DNA of 64,000 nucleotides from Schmidtea polychroa (lineage: Eukaryota), in contig CM097885.1 in NCBI GenBank assembly GCA_044892525.1, forward strand, positions 3,164,001 through 3,228,000, given 5' to 3'. Shown one piece after another: positions 1 through 15,173 of this stretch. A program made the translations under genes and the position numbers. The first letter of the stretch is position 1. Each line of letters opens with the position of its first letter. The notes under the pieces are model-generated. The model was not told the DNA's origin. It searched no databases and saw only the letters and a program-made list of their open reading frames with translations.

Positions 1-207
1 GAGTGACTTTGGGAGAAGATTTCATTCGATTTGGAAGAAGCAATCCTTTGCAGAAAAAGTATATTAGATTTGGAAGAAGACCATATTCATTTAATTAATA
101 TGTAAATATTTCTGATCTTAATTCATTATTGTCATTTGTTATGGGGAAATACAAACTAGTGACCGACCAATATGTATTTGCATTGTTAGCGTCTCTTTGT
201 TGTTTGC

Positions 208-394
<187 letters not shown>

Positions 395-1754
395 TTTGTA
401 TTTATTGAAAAGCTTGACTATGAATCAATAAATATATCGACGTTTTTGATATTCACAAATTTTCAGCACTGCCTTTTTCAAATGAATTTGATGCTATTTG
501 TCTTATGTTATTTTTTATAATTCTTTCTCAAACGTAGGTTCCAGCAAAGCGTGTTACACATGAACCATTTATCGAAAAAAATATGAAGGAAATGGAAATA
601 AAAATTCAAATCAAATCAAAGCTGAAAGATAAAATATTTCTACAGATAGTTCATTATGTAAAAGCATTGGTCAAAACTCGAAATTATTTTCATTTTTTTT
701 TGAAAATGTGAATGCCGACCCCTGAACACGTGTACTCTATTCAAAGACTTTCAAAGAAAAATATTCTTGGACGAGTTTACCAGATGAAGAAAGCTATGTT
801 TAGAAAATAAAGGCAAAATGAAACCATTCGGCGTATTTAGGACTGAATTCATCACCAATAAATGGCCATTAGAAACAGCTTTCGTGCTGTTTCGGTTACT
901 AATATAATTCATAATTGAACACGTTCGAAGATATATTTTTTAAAAGCAATTGTTCTTCAAAATAAAATAACCAAAAGGATCTTTGTAAAATATATTTCTA
1001 AATTTAGCGCGATTAAAAATCAATTCATTCAATCAAACATTTTACTCAATCAGACTGTATTTAATTATTGATTAAAAATTATGAAATATTATATTATGAA
1101 AATTTCATTCGTTTAAAATTGTCAAAAATGTTACAATGCAATGTTAGGAAAATGTTAGTTTAAATTATAAAATCTCAATGTTTCATAAATTCCATATAAA
1201 ACATCCTTACAGCGGGAAAGGACAAATACAAATTTTGCGGTTCATTCGGTAATATTTATTGCTAAAAGGGAATTTTAGATCTAGCGTATTGATACACAAA
1301 CAACCTGTTCTTATCCTAACAAATCTCTCCAAATCCCATGCAAGATACTTGACAACTATTTTATACACAAAACTGACAAATTCAGACGATATTTTCCTGA
1401 GAAGCGTCTTATAATTGCTGAGTTAACAAATTGAAAACTTTATAAACAAACTATATGATAAATTATTCTTTTTCACTCGAATTCCAAGTAAAATTATTTA
1501 TTTGTTTTCATTTTACCTTTGAGGAAAAGAGCAAAAATTTCCCCCCTTCTAACTTATATTTATTCCCCCTTTCATTAACTTATATTTTTGTGATAGTCCA
1601 CCCTCATTTATTTGAAATTATTTTATTGGTCTTGAACTTTCAATTTGTAACGCTGGTTACCATTTTGTCCCCCTGAAGATTATAGATTTTTACACTTTTT
1701 GTGTAAATTAATTTTGTATATTTTTATTTTCACTCGAACTTTCTGCATTGCTTA

Positions 1755-2273
1755 CAAGGGTGGCTCAAGAGATTTTGTCTAAGCTGAGCGCCGTAGGCAA
1801 ACTTTATGAAGCGCATACCTTAAAGAATATCAACTAGACATTTAAATTTCTTAATTCAACATGAAGGTATTACATAATAAATTTTTTATAGAGTGAAATA
1901 AAAAATCTGTTCATTTCTAAATATGATAATTTATAAATTTTCTTAGTACACAAATAATAATACAAATAATAAAGGAGTGACACTGTGAAAAAGAAAAATT
2001 AAAGATATCATTATAATTTTCATTAAAAAAAAGAAATGCATACTACTCTTTACCAGGTATCCCGATTGTTGCGTGACGTCACAAATTTTGAGTTAAATTC
2101 ACGATTAATTCGAAGATAAATTTATTATAAAAAATGCTAAATAATCAAACGCATATTTTAGTAAATAATTTTTATATATTCAAGAAATAATTTATAAAAA
2201 ATATTTTTACGCCCTACAAACTTTAGCGCACTAGGCGGCCGTCTATTTCGCCTATATGGTAGAGGTGTCCTTG
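1755..2273. mobile_element. Possible degenerate non-autonomous DNA transposon (MITE)
   Basis: GC-richer ends CAAGG... and ...CCTTG, with related GCGCCGTAGGC/GCGCACTAGGC motifs, around an AT-rich interior. TSD not resolved. Confidence 0.3.
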
Positions 2274-2804
2274 ATCACTATAGAATCTCACCACATTTCA
2301 TTTTGAACTTTTTAGAAAAATTAATTTGTTGGATTTTTTTCCTGTAATTTTATTTTTAATTTCTGAAATTTAAATTTGGTAACACTTTTTATTCTTTTCA
2401 TCTTTGATCTATTTTTGTTTTCATCTGTTTTATGAATTTCGATGAATATCATTAATCTAAAGACAAATGAAAATAAACGAAATATGTAAATATAATTTAA
2501 AACAGAGCTTCTCAAACTTTTTTTACTTAGCGACCCCATTAACCCTAGCAAATATTCTGGCGACCCTAAGTATAGACATATAAAAGATGAAAATAGTAAT
2601 ATACATTAAAATATTTATTATATTCAAAAAATATTTTATTTTAAAGCCAACCTATTGTTGTGTTGGTTTTCTGCGACCCCAAAAATTTAGTAATTTAGTA
2701 AATTTAGAAATATTTTTTTATTTAATTTTTGAATGTTAAAATATATTTATTCTTAAATAAGATTTTATAATTAATTAATGTTAGATTAATATTTGTTAAA
2801 TTTT

Positions 2805-2854
<50 letters not shown>

Positions 2855-3131
2855 TTATAATTTTTATAAACAATTCAAAATTACTTATCTGAATATGTAA
2901 TTGTTTTAATAAATCACCGTGTTTATTTGGCGGTAGCTCCTATCATCGAGTATACAAACACAATTTAAATATCTAATGAATGATTCAAGAATATTAACAC
3001 TAAGGAGTCCAGTTGAAATTAAAGAAAGGTTATTAATCATTTTATTTTATCTTCCTATTGTTGATAATCTATTTATTTAATATTGAAATCGATAAAATTT
3101 TGCATAATATATTTATATAACATTTTGTTGA

Positions 3132-6100
3132 ATGGGATTCTATTTCAGTGAAATACTTGACAAATATTTAGAGAAACGCGTAACAAATATAGAGAAATCA
3201 ATTAATGTTTTGACAAAGGAATTTGTTGGATATGCTCGTAGGACAGCTAAGTTACGAAATAATGGTTTGAGCATTAGTATAATGGAATTTCTACAATAAA
3301 ATACTTGCAGGAGATGAAGTTTCCAACATTTTGCGAAATTACACATTAACTCAGGAATTCAATGACACGTCTAATGATTCTCTCAATCATTTCACTAACA
3401 TTTTGTCGGTTGTGGAAGATTTCCGAAACACAGAAGTATATTTTAATTGACTAGCAAATGAATTGAGCTTTACCCGATTTCTCGGCTGTTCAGCTCGACA
3501 GAATCAAAGTCCATGTGATCCAGCCGTTGATCGAATGCACAAATCAGCTGAAAAATGTCAAAGTAAACAGAAAAAAATCCAATTTCAATTAAAATCGTGA
3601 ATGAATTTCTTTTCAGAAAGAAATCAAAAAAGATTTCGCAGCGAGGAAAAAAGAAATCGCAGCTCATGGGAAATTGGAAAAGAGCCAGCAATTGGGAGGA
3701 ACAATGACGCAATCTGAGGCTAAGGTAAATTGGAATATTATTATCAAGTTTGGCGGGGGGAGGGGGGCAAATCTATTTTTATTTCTTGATATTTGGCTGG
3801 TATACTTTATGTTTTATTAATTATTTGTTTATTTTCATTTATTTACATTTCTAGAGTCTGATTTTAATTAATTAATTGCATTTTATAATATTTATTGATT
3901 TTAATTAATTTTAATTTTATAATATTTATTGATTTTAATTTAATTTTATAATATTTATTGATTTTAATTAATTTGAATTTTATAATATTTATTGATTTTA
4001 ATTAATTAATTTGAATTTTATGATATTAATTGATTTTAATTAATTTGAATTTTATAATATTTATTGATTTTAATTAATTTGAATTTTATAATATTGATTT
4101 TAATTTATTAATTTGAATTTTATACTATTTATTGATTTTAATTAATTGCATTTTATTATATTTATTGATTTTAATTAATTGCATTTTATTATATTTATTG
4201 ATTTTAATTAATTGCATTTTATTATATTTATTGATTTTAATTAATTTGAATTTTATAATATTTATTGATTTTAATTAATTTGAATTTTATACTATTTATT
4301 GATTTTAATTAATTGCATTTTATTATATTTATTGATTTTAATTAATTGCATTTTATTATATTTATTGATTTTAATTAATTTGAATTTTATAATATTTATT
4401 GATTTTAATTAATTAATTTGAATTTTATAATATTTATTGATTTTAATTAATTAATTGCATTTTATAATATTTATTGATTTTAATTTAATTTTATAATATT
4501 TATTGATTTTAATTAATTTGAATTTTATAATATTGATTTTAATTTATTAATTTTAATTTTATACTATTTATTGATTTTAATTAATTGCATTTTATTATAT
4601 TTATTGATTTTAATTAATTTGAATTTTATAATATTTATTGATTTTAATTAATTAATTTGAATTTTATAATATTTATTGATTTTAATTAATTAATTGCATT
4701 TTATAATATTTATTGATTTTAATTTAATTTTATAATATTTATTGATTTTAATTAATTTGAATTTTATAATATTGATTTTAATTTATTAATTTTAATTTTA
4801 TACTATTTATTGATTTTAATTAATTAATTTGAATTTTATAATATTTATTGATTTTAATTAATTAATTGCATTTTATAATATTTATTGATTTTAATTTAAT
4901 TTTATAATATTTATTGATTTTAATTAATTTGAATTTTATAATATTGATTTTAATTTATTAATTTTAATTTTATACTATTTATTGATTTTAATTAATTGCA
5001 TTTTATTATATTTATTGATTTTAATTAATTTGAATTTTATAATATTTATTGATTTTAATTAATTAATTTGAATTTTATAATATTTATTGATTTTAATTAA
5101 TTAATTGCATTTTATAATATTTATTGATTTTAATTTAATTTTATAATATTTATTGATTTTAATTAATTTGAATTTTATAATATTGATTTTAATTTATTAA
5201 TTTTAATTTTATACTATTTATTGATTTTAATTAATTGCATTTTATTATATTTATTGATTTTAATTAATTTGAATTTTATAATATTTATTGATTTTAATTA
5301 ATTAATTTGAATTTTATAATATTTATTGATTTTAATTAATTAATTGCATTTTATAATATTTATTGATTTTAATTTAATTTTATAATATTTATTGATTTTA
5401 ATTAATTTGAATTTTATAATATTGATTTTAATTTATTAATTTTAATTTTATACTATTTATTGATTTTAATTAATTGCATTTTATTATATTTATTGATTTT
5501 AATTAATTGCATTTTATTATATTTATTGATTTTAATTAATTTGAATTTTATAATATTTATTGATTTTAATTAATTAATTTGAATTTTATACTATTTATTG
5601 ATTTTAATTAATTGCATTTTATTATATTTATTGATTTTAATTAATTGCATTTTATTATATTTATTGATTTTAATTAATTTTAATTTTATAATATTTATTG
5701 ATTTTAATTTATTAATCGCATTTTTATAATATTTATCGATTTCTATTAATTTATTGTATTTATTGATTTTTAATTAATTGCATTTTATTATATTTATTGA
5801 TTTTAGTTAATTGATTTGAATTTTATAATATTTATTGATTTTAATTTATTAATTGCATTTTATTATATTTATTGATTTTTATTAATTAATTGCATTTTAT
5901 TATATTTATTGATTTTTATTAATTAATTGCATTTTATTATATTTATTGATTTTAATTAATTAATTGCATTTTATTATATTTATTGATTTTAATTAATTAA
6001 TCGCATTTTTATAATATTTATTGATTTTAATTAATTAATTGCATTTTTATAATATTTATTGATTTCTATTAATTAATTGCATTTTATTATATTTATTGAT

Positions 6101-8874
6101 TTTAGTTAATTGATTTGAATTTTATAATATTTATTGATTTTAATTTATTAATTGCATTTTTATAATATTTATTGATTTTAATTTATTAATTGCATTTTTA
6201 TAATATTTATTGATTTCTATTAATTAATTGCATTTTATAATATTTATTTTAATTAATTTGAATTTTATAATATTTATTGATTTTAATTAATTAATTGCAT
6301 TTTATAATATTTATTGATTTTAATTAATTAATTTTAATTTTATAATATTTATTGATTTTAATTAACTAAATAGAATTTTATAATAGTTATTGATTTTAAT
6401 TTATTAATTGCATTTTATAATATTTATTGGTTTTAATTAATTATACTTAAATTTATTATTAGCTATATATAAAATATTTTTATTAATTATTTTTAATTAA
6501 AATTTACTAATTTGTTATTTTATTTTTAATTGATTATACAAAAAAAATTTAATTAATTTATAATAAAATAATTATTATTTAATTCTATTTTAAATTTGTT
6601 ATTAGCTATATATTGATTTTTAATTAATTAAATTAATAATTACAATATTTTAATTTTTAATTAATTTACTTTAAATTTTGTAATTAATTGAATAATTATA
6701 AAATTATTATTATTATATAATTTTCATTTTAATCTATTATTAGCTATATATTGATTTTTAATTATTTTATAATATTTATTAATTTTTCATTTATTTTTAC
6801 CATTTAATTAATTTTTATATTTATTTATTTAATTTTTAATTTATTATTAAAATTAAATCGATATTGATATAATTGAAATTGATATAATAAATCGATATAA
6901 TAAATTTATATTGGAAAGTAGGAATATGTAGATTAAGTATTATTTAGTAGCAATCTATTCTAATTGAGCAACATTTTACTTATAAAATAGTTTATCTGAT
7001 ACAGTGCCGTTTCCAGGGTTGCTGGCAAATAGGCCGATCGCACTGGGCGCGTAGTCGCAACAGAAATTGTTGTATGCCAATAACTCGCTTACGAAATAGT
7101 TGTAAATGGTTAAATTAAAGATATAAACACCTACGCATGAATATTTCCACTATTGGTGCAAGTTTTTTATCGATTCGCCATTGTTTGACGTTGGGTTGCA
7201 TATTAGCTACTACCATACCAAGGAGAATAACATCATAAGAGACAGCGAAGGTTCAGCGCTTAGACTACTAAGAATAAACTTATTGCAACCAATAAAATGT
7301 TAGGAATTACGTGTTTATTATTTGGAGATGTCTTGAGGGGGGTCACATTACCTTCCTACGGCCCTAATCTCATACCATCTAATTGAACTCTTGTTTTCTT
7401 TACTCTATATTCTGATCCATAATTGAAGTCTAGGAAATGTGCCGACTATTTGTTTCTATTTTGTCTTATTGGATATCTTGTCAATTCTGCTGTTTCTACT
7501 TGTTCTCTCAATATTTCACATTTTACTTCATTTATTGTAGCTACCATATTAAACTTATAATGAAATTATGTATAACTTATAAACTTATAAACTATTAAAC
7601 TTATAAACTACCATATTAAATAACATATTAAACTCGCTTGCCAACTATATGTACTCGAAACCATTTTTATTTGATTATAATTTACGCTGAATTATTTTTC
7701 CATCCATTATACTTTGAAGGTTCATTGTCCAATCCTTTATTTTTCTATAATTTCATTCGGTTCAAACCTTTCCTTTGTTCAACTTTAACAAGAATCCAAT
7801 CTTCTTCCTCATCTGCTTTTATTGTAACTCTCTTTTGCTTTGTCTGACCTTATCTTAATTTCAAAAGTTAGGGCGTCTCAATTCTTCTTATTTCCTCGTC
7901 CATTCTCCATGGTTACCTTCCAAACATTTCAAAAGCTATATGCATCCTGTAGTTTTTATGCTGTTTTATATTTCTTTGTTTTGTGTTAGAAAAAAAGAAA
8001 TTTATGGGGGGGGGTTATCAAATAAAGGTACCCGCCCATTCTACCAAATGAAACGTTTTTTCAAGTCGGATGTTAGCGTAGGTCTTTCCTTGCGTTAACA
8101 TATTGTTTATAAGGCAGGATGTAACAAAACAGATAAATTTTGATAATATTATCGAGGAATTAGCAGTAAAAAAAGTTGGTACTAAATAAGAATAAACAAT
8201 ATTATGTTTGTATGTATATTATATTGAATATATTGAAGGAATCAATATTTCATTAAATAAATTGATAAAATTATGTTCATGTATCATTTCTTCCTTTTTG
8301 GGAAGGGGCCCCGAGGCCCCGCAACACTACAGCCAGCTCTTAATCATACCTTTACTTGCTATAAATGATGCCTACCACACAAGTATAAGTTGTATCCTAT
8401 CCTTATTGCATCCTATCCTTATTGCATCCTATCCTTATTGCATCCTATCCTTATTGCATCCTATCCTTATTGCATCCTATCCTTATTGCATCCTATCCTT
8501 ATTGCATCCTATCCTTATTGCATCCTATCCTTATTGCATCCTATCCTTATTGCATCCTATCCTTATTGCATCCTATCCTTATTGCATCCTATCCTTATTA
8601 CATCCTATCCTTATTACATCCTATCCTTATTGTATCCTTATTATTATTATTTATACAGTGCCGTTAAATTATCATCCAATTAAAATAATGTATTAGTTAA
8701 TATGGCTCCCTGAATTATATACTAACTCTAGATAGGTAATATGAAATTATGTCAGCTAAATGTTATTAAATGATTCTGGGCCTCACTTTATTCTATGAAT
8801 AATTATTTACATGAATAATGCATATGAAATTAATAATTAATTCACAAGATTGTTGATGTTGTTGACTGATCTAG

Positions 8875-8968
<94 letters not shown>

Positions 8969-9707
8969 ATCATTATCGTCAAAAATAAATTGGATCAATC
9001 ATTCAATTAGAAAAGTTGAATTAAAAATGTCATGTTATCGATTAAAGATAAAATTAATTATAAAATTAAAAAGTCAATATGCAATATAAATTTAAAAAGA
9101 GATCTAATTATGGCAGGCTCGCGTCAACTCACAGCTGGCAACTCTAGAGGCAACCAAGCAATCGGAACAACTTGGAAAAACGGTGACATCATTTGAGAAA
9201 TTGAAATTAGATACATTGCACAATGTCCTCCGGTCCTTCGTGCACATTGAGATGCTGTGGCACATGCGGGCTTTGGAGCGGCTTACAGAAGCATACAAGT
9301 CCCTCAATGGGATGGACACGATAAGTGATCAGAACCAGTTTATCGACTCGATCAATAAATACCATTTCAAGGAATATCTGAACCAGTCGACTAACAGCTT
9401 GAATCTCGCCGGGCGGCGTTCTCAGTCAATGACAAATCTCAAAACGACAAACTCATCGAGCCAAGGTGACCTGAGCAACAAGAATGAACTGAGGAACTCG
9501 GTTACATTTGAGGATCAATTTTCTCGTTCCAAGAGCTTCCAGAACGCGCCAAATAATAACGGAGGATCAATTATGCGCCAGGGCACCTCGCAGCCCAATG
9601 TCAACCAGAGCAAGCCTCCTGTGGCCAATGGGATCATCGTGCCTAGCAATCGCCCTGGAGATAGCGGGGATGACGATGAGGACGAGTATACTGATGTGAC
9701 TTATTGA
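3132..9707 (+). CDS. CIBAR1: FAM92/CIBAR-family BAR-domain ciliary protein, multi-exon (four short exons about 3132-3724, a long intron, last exon 9117-9707)
   Basis: Manual translation gives EKRVTNIEKSINVLTKEFVGYARRTAKLRNNG, VVEDFRNTE, LDRIKVHVIQPL and ATLEATKQSEQLGKTVTSFEKLKLDTLHNVLRSFVHIEMLWHMRALE. These match FAM92 motifs (YVRKTARLRDK; FERQK..DIK.IFSEF.TIEMLFHGKALE). GT-AG boundaries are present. The start (ATG 3132 or an upstream exon splicing to 3149) is uncertain; the symbol marks the family, not a resolved paralog. Confidence 0.82.
3860..6440. repeat. AT-rich minisatellite (about 33-40 bp unit TTTATTGATTTTAATTAATT(GC/TGA)ATTTTATAATA) in the FAM92 intron
   Basis: Dozens of tandem variant copies with longer-range block repetition. 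Confidence 0.95.
8392..8640. repeat. 16-bp tandem repeat CCTTATTGCATCCTAT (about 15 copies)
   Basis: Directly visible; explains the periodic ORFs 8208..8696. Confidence 0.96.
8878..8968. repeat. (TTA)n microsatellite
   Basis: Visible run. Confidence 0.95.
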
Positions 9708-11695
9708 TTTCTATTGGACACTCGTGCTGACCTTTCTCATTCAGGACTCCTCGTACACGGAGGACGAGAATCCCACCTCGCAAACGGCATCAGCAAGGAG
9801 TGCCAACCGCAACGCAAACCATCCGGTTCCCATCAAGCGTACAAAATAGAGTCAAAATCGATTATTTTTTACATTTATCGTTATATAGTTGATCAAATAT
9901 ATTATTATATTATCTTGACTTTTTATCATTATTATTATTGATTATTATTGATTATCATTATTATTGATTATCATTATTATTGATTATCATTATTATTGAT
10001 TATCATTATTATTGATTATCATTTATTATTATTGATTATCATTTATTATTATTGATTATCATTATTATTGATTATCATTAATTATTATCGTTATTGGTTA
10101 TTATTATTATTATTGATTATCATTACTAATTAATAATAATTATTGTTATTGTTCCACGCCCAAAACCTTCCATTTGAAACACTGGATCCTATTTGCTCTG
10201 CCCAAACAAATTGCACCATTCAGTCCTTTCGGTATTCTAGTCACACTCAGCAGAGCACCGTTACTGAAGGCTGCGTTTCCTGCCACCAGAGAAAGGCTGA
10301 GAATCTGATGTCAATACTGGAGGAATTGCCATTTCCTGAAACTATATAAATAATTTTAAATATTCATCTCTCATAAATTTATCCCTTGGAATGATAAAAT
10401 CTCCGTCAGTTTCTGCAATTCTTGCTTCATCAGTTTCACTATCTCCATGAACATGAGGCAACCTTGTCCATTTAAATAGAAAGAATGAATGAGGCGTAAC
10501 TAGAGCCTACTGATCCTGGAAGGGAGAAAGAATCAACAGCTATAATACATTTACTCTACAAAGCTTTCCTTTGCATTACTGGGCCCGAATGACTAGAAAG
10601 CTTTTAATCTCCTCCTTATCGAAGATCCTATAACTCAACTGACTTTCATATATTTACAACTTCGTAACCTAGAAAATTTATTTATCTAACTACAATAATA
10701 ACTAAAACCAGGAAAATCGCAAACAAAAAAATTATAATGAAACCTTTATTTTACTTCTAATACTATACAAGACTAGCAATAATTCATAGATGGAGTTACA
10801 GAAATTTGGATCGTCTAAATTGGCTTTAAGAAAAATATAAGGCTCCGGGGTCTGTGTGACGGTGGTTTGGACTGTATTCGTTGAAAGCACTGGATGGATC
10901 ATAGCGGCTAACTCGGCTAGCCTTAGCGCTTTTGTCCACTATCGACACAGTCTGAGGATCTTTGTATAATAGTTTCGATTTGAAGGAGGTGGTGCAATGC
11001 ATACTAGTTAGGGTATTGAAACTTGGAGCGTTTAAATAGGTTCATTAAGGCTGCTACTTGTGGGATTCGAGCTTCCAATTTTGGACAACTCGTGTTGTAA
11101 AAATGTATATAAATTCTAGAAATAATTTTGAGTTTTTACTTGTCCATAGTATTTACATTTAGCGCCATCTGAAATTTGTGTAACCTTATGTTGTTATACA
11201 TAATTTAACTCTCAAAACTGACATAAATTTAAAATTTCAATAATCAATGTTTTTATTTAACATAAATTTTCGGCATTGAATTTTCAAAATTTGAAGTGAA
11301 TTTCAAAAAAATTGTGTTTTAAATAAAAGTAATTAATCTATTGAAAAACAGAAAGAAAAATAAATGAAACTGAAACTAAAGTGAAATAAAAAATAAAGAA
11401 TTTCAGAGTTAAATTAAAAAATTTTCTATAAAAATTTACTTTCCATATATTATTTTATTATTATTTAAAAATTAAAAGATGTCAATTACTAAATATTTCA
11501 TTTCATTTTGTCATTGAATGATAATAGATCAATAAAATTCTTAAAGATAACAAAATATTTTAATTTCAATTAATGTGGAAAATTAAGATAAAATCTCTTA
11601 AAAAATTTTCATTAAATTATTTTAATTTTATTTTTAAAATTCTATCGGAAATTTGTTTGGTAAGTAGCTCATTTAAACATTATTTTTTTAATTAT

Positions 11696-13366
11696 ATGAG
11701 TCAAATGTCAGGACAGAAAGAGTTTCAAGAAGGAAAAGATAATTATGGAATAATAAAAAGGCTGCTCTCAGAGAGCCCACAAAATATTGGTCAAATTGCT
11801 CACAATGAAAATTTGGCTCCATATGATAAAATCTTAAGGGTGATTAAAAGTTTCAGAAATAGACTTAACGACTCAGAAAGTCAAATCAAAGATCTCTCAA
11901 TTGAGAATAAAAATCTTTTGGCAAATAATCAAGAGTTGACTGCTCAACTTGAAGAGAAAATAAACATAATCGTTATAAAAGACGAAGAATTGAAGAATTT
12001 GATGATTGAGGCGCAAAAAATTTATAACAAAATTCAAACCGAAGACCAATTGCAAAATGAGAGTCTAGATATAACCGATAAGGTATTTTACAAATCGTTT
12101 GAAAATCAAAACGAATTCAACCTAACCAGTCCGATCCATGCCACCAGATCAGAACTAGCCGAGCTAAACATTTTGAAGCAAAATCTCAAAGACCTTCAAG
12201 ACGAAAAAGATGAATTAGTTAAGAAAAATATTTCAATTAAGGTGAAAATTTGAAAGGTTACTTATTTTCATTATTGGTCAATTTAGAACGAATCTAGCAA
12301 CCAAATACATCTGTTGAAGCTTGCTCTCAAAGAGAAGGAAGAACAAACCCAAAGTGCTTTCCAAAATAGCAATAAAGATTTAATCTGTTTAAGCCAAGAT
12401 TTAGATCCTTATAAAAGGAAAGCCGAGGGTCTGGCTAGGAATTTGCAAATTGAAAAAGCTGAGAACTTGGACTTGAAGCTAAAGGTCCAAAATTTACAAA
12501 AGGTAATTTAATTTATTATAAATTTCTAGTAGTTATCATCATGTTTAAGAGGGTTGATGAGGGTGAAACCATCTTTTGGGACAATGAAAACCTTTCCGAT
12601 GAAGTCAAAAGATTAAATTTAGTAAAAAGACAATTGAAAGAAACCCTTAAATCAACAAATGATTGGAATCTAGATGTGGAAGTTGAGTTGGAAAACTTGC
12701 AAAGAACCCATAAACAAACCACTCAAAGTCTAAAGTACGAAATTGAATGTTTAAATGTTGAAAAGAAATTTGCTATGAAAGATCTGGATACCCTCAATAA
12801 CCGAGTATTAGAGTATAAGGAAGAAATCTTACAATTAGAACTTGTTAACGAGGAACAATGTAACACAATTGAAGATGATGAGAAAATAATAAGAATCATG
12901 AGAAGAGAGATCGAGAACCATCGTACTCTTGAAATTTACTACAAACAAGAAATTTCATCTCTGGAAATACAATTGGAAAAGACTAAATCGCTCTTACATG
13001 AAAAGACCAATGAGCTAGTCGAATTCAACCTTTTATACGACAACAATCAGAAAAGGTTCCGAAATGTTATCAAAGAATATTCAAATTCGTTGAGTTTATC
13101 ATGGGGAGAAAAAAGTGACCTAAATCGGGTCATTCGAAAATCGAACAGGAGAATTGATGATTTGATAAATGAGGTAATGAAATTCTTTTTTTTTTGTATT
13201 TTCATTCATCTTCTTTTAGATATCGTTCTTGAAGGTATGCAGAAATGATCAGAAAGTAATGTACGAGCGATATTATAAAAGGTATAAACAACTTACCAAA
13301 GAGGTATTAGAATTGGATGACAAAATTTATTCAATGAGATTAGAAAGAATGTTTATTTTGGAATAA
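11696..13366 (+). CDS. Uncharacterised coiled-coil protein, about 510 aa; exons 11696-12241, 12287-12502, 12550-13173, 13220-13366
   Basis: Three 45-47 nt GT-AG introns join the ORF-track pieces in frame (all phase 0). The product is E/K/L/N-rich with heptad character and stops at TAA 13364-13366. Confidence 0.78.
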
Positions 13367-13794
13367 ATTATTTTTATTTTTATTCAAGAGATCAGTTAAA
13401 ATTTTGCAACGTTTAGACTTTTGACCATAAAGTTGTCCATGAATACAAAATGTTAGGTCTGATCGACTCACAGGACCGCGAATATGTAGGTCTAGGGCAA
13501 TGGTTCCTAACCAGTGTTCCGGGAATATGGTCCAAATGTCCCGCGAAATTTCAATTTTAATTGTATTGAAAATTAGAAACTTAAGAAAGATACGAAAACA
13601 AAAAATCGTTAAATTTGAATTTTCTACTAGCAAAGCTGGCCTATCATTTTGTATTTATTACATGTGTTTCATTTCATATCATTCATTTTTATGTATAAAT
13701 AATTTTGTATGTTTTTTTTCTTTGAAGGGAAATTTTTTTTTTTTTTTTTTAAATCGTTGGTTGTGAAAGAATCATTTTATTTTTGATCATCGAT

Positions 13795-14915
13795 AGTAGT
13801 AGTAGGATGTGTCCCCGCCAGATCAGGTCCCCTCCAGATCACATATACCCCTCCCCCCCCCGGGAAAAAATTTTATTTTTTTTTAGAACGATGCCTAATA
13901 TTTTTAGAACTATTACGTAATCAATGCCTAATATTTTTAGAACGATGCCTAATATTTTTAGAACTATTACGTAATTTTTTTTTAAATTAAGTGATCCAGC
14001 GGGGACCTACTTTTTTTCTTCCCAAAAGTAATGTTCCCGCCAACAAATTTTATTAACCGATACCTCATCTTAAAGCTCAGTCCAAGACCTTTCGAATGAG
14101 CTATAGGTATCTTATATATCTTTAATAGTTTTAATGTTATTAACAATTGATGACCACCATCTTTTCAACGTTAAATTATTATTATTTTTCAAAATATTAT
14201 TAAGTGATCCAGCGGGGACCTACTTTTTTTCATCCCAAAAATTATTGTTCCCGCCAACATATTATATTGATCGATAGCTTATTTTAAAGCTCTGTGCAAG
14301 AACTTTCTAATGAGATATAGATTTTTATCATACGATGACTCATCACATTTTTAGAACAAAGACAATGACTCATCACATTTTTAGAATGATGTCTAATATT
14401 TTAGAATGATGCCAAATATTTTTAGAACGATGTCTATTATTTTTAGAATGATGTCTAATATTTTAGAATGATGCCTAATATTTTTAGAATGATTACGTCA
14501 TAATTTTAGAACGATGTCTATTATTTTTAGAATGATGCCTAATATTTTTAGAATGATTACGTCATACTTTTAGAACGATGCCTAATATTTTAGAATGATG
14601 TCTATTATTTTTAGAACGATTACGTCATACTTTTAGAACGATGCCTAATATTTTTAGAATGATGCCTAATATTTTTAGAACGATTACGTCATACTTTTAG
14701 AACGATGCCTAATATTTTTAGAACTAATACGTAATCAATGCCTAATATTTTTAGAACGATGCCTAATATTTTTAGAATTAATAATTTTGTTTTAATTATC
14801 GATGATTATATAATTTGTTTAAATCATTGATTATATAATTCTTCTGTTTTAATTATAGAATACGTAATAATATAATTTTGTTTAAATCGTTGATTACATA
14901 TTATTATTTTCTAAG

Positions 14916-15001
<86 letters not shown>

Positions 15002-15010
15002 GCATATATA
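13795..15010 (+). repeat. Left terminal inverted repeat of the Polinton
   Basis: Near-identical reverse complement of 28598-29965, apart from copy number of an internal repeat of about 21-22 bp and (ATT)n length. Confidence 0.96.
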
Positions 15011-15173
15011 CTCCTAGTTTATCCGACAAAATATTCTGTCCCCCTATGGGTACTGCACACAAATGTACTACTCACATTCAACAAGTCACAAGGGTACTGT
15101 TCACAAAATTACTGGTAAAAATATTCAAGACAAAACTTTCTAAATTCTAAATATTATTCTTTAAATATACACT
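15011..15173 (+). repeat. Inner, more diverged inverted repeat (left), partner of 28435-28597
   Basis: TATATA|CTCCTAGTTTATCCGACAAAATATTCTGTCCCCCTATGGG...; about 14 mismatches to its partner in the first 89 nt (manual count). Confidence 0.9.

Noticed and set aside
8208..8696. Three overlapping periodic ORFs
   Set aside because: Artefacts of the 16-bp tandem repeat.
10760..11150. GC-richer minus-strand segment with ATG and a possible short intron
   Set aside because: All frames close within about 60 codons and no motif is recognisable.
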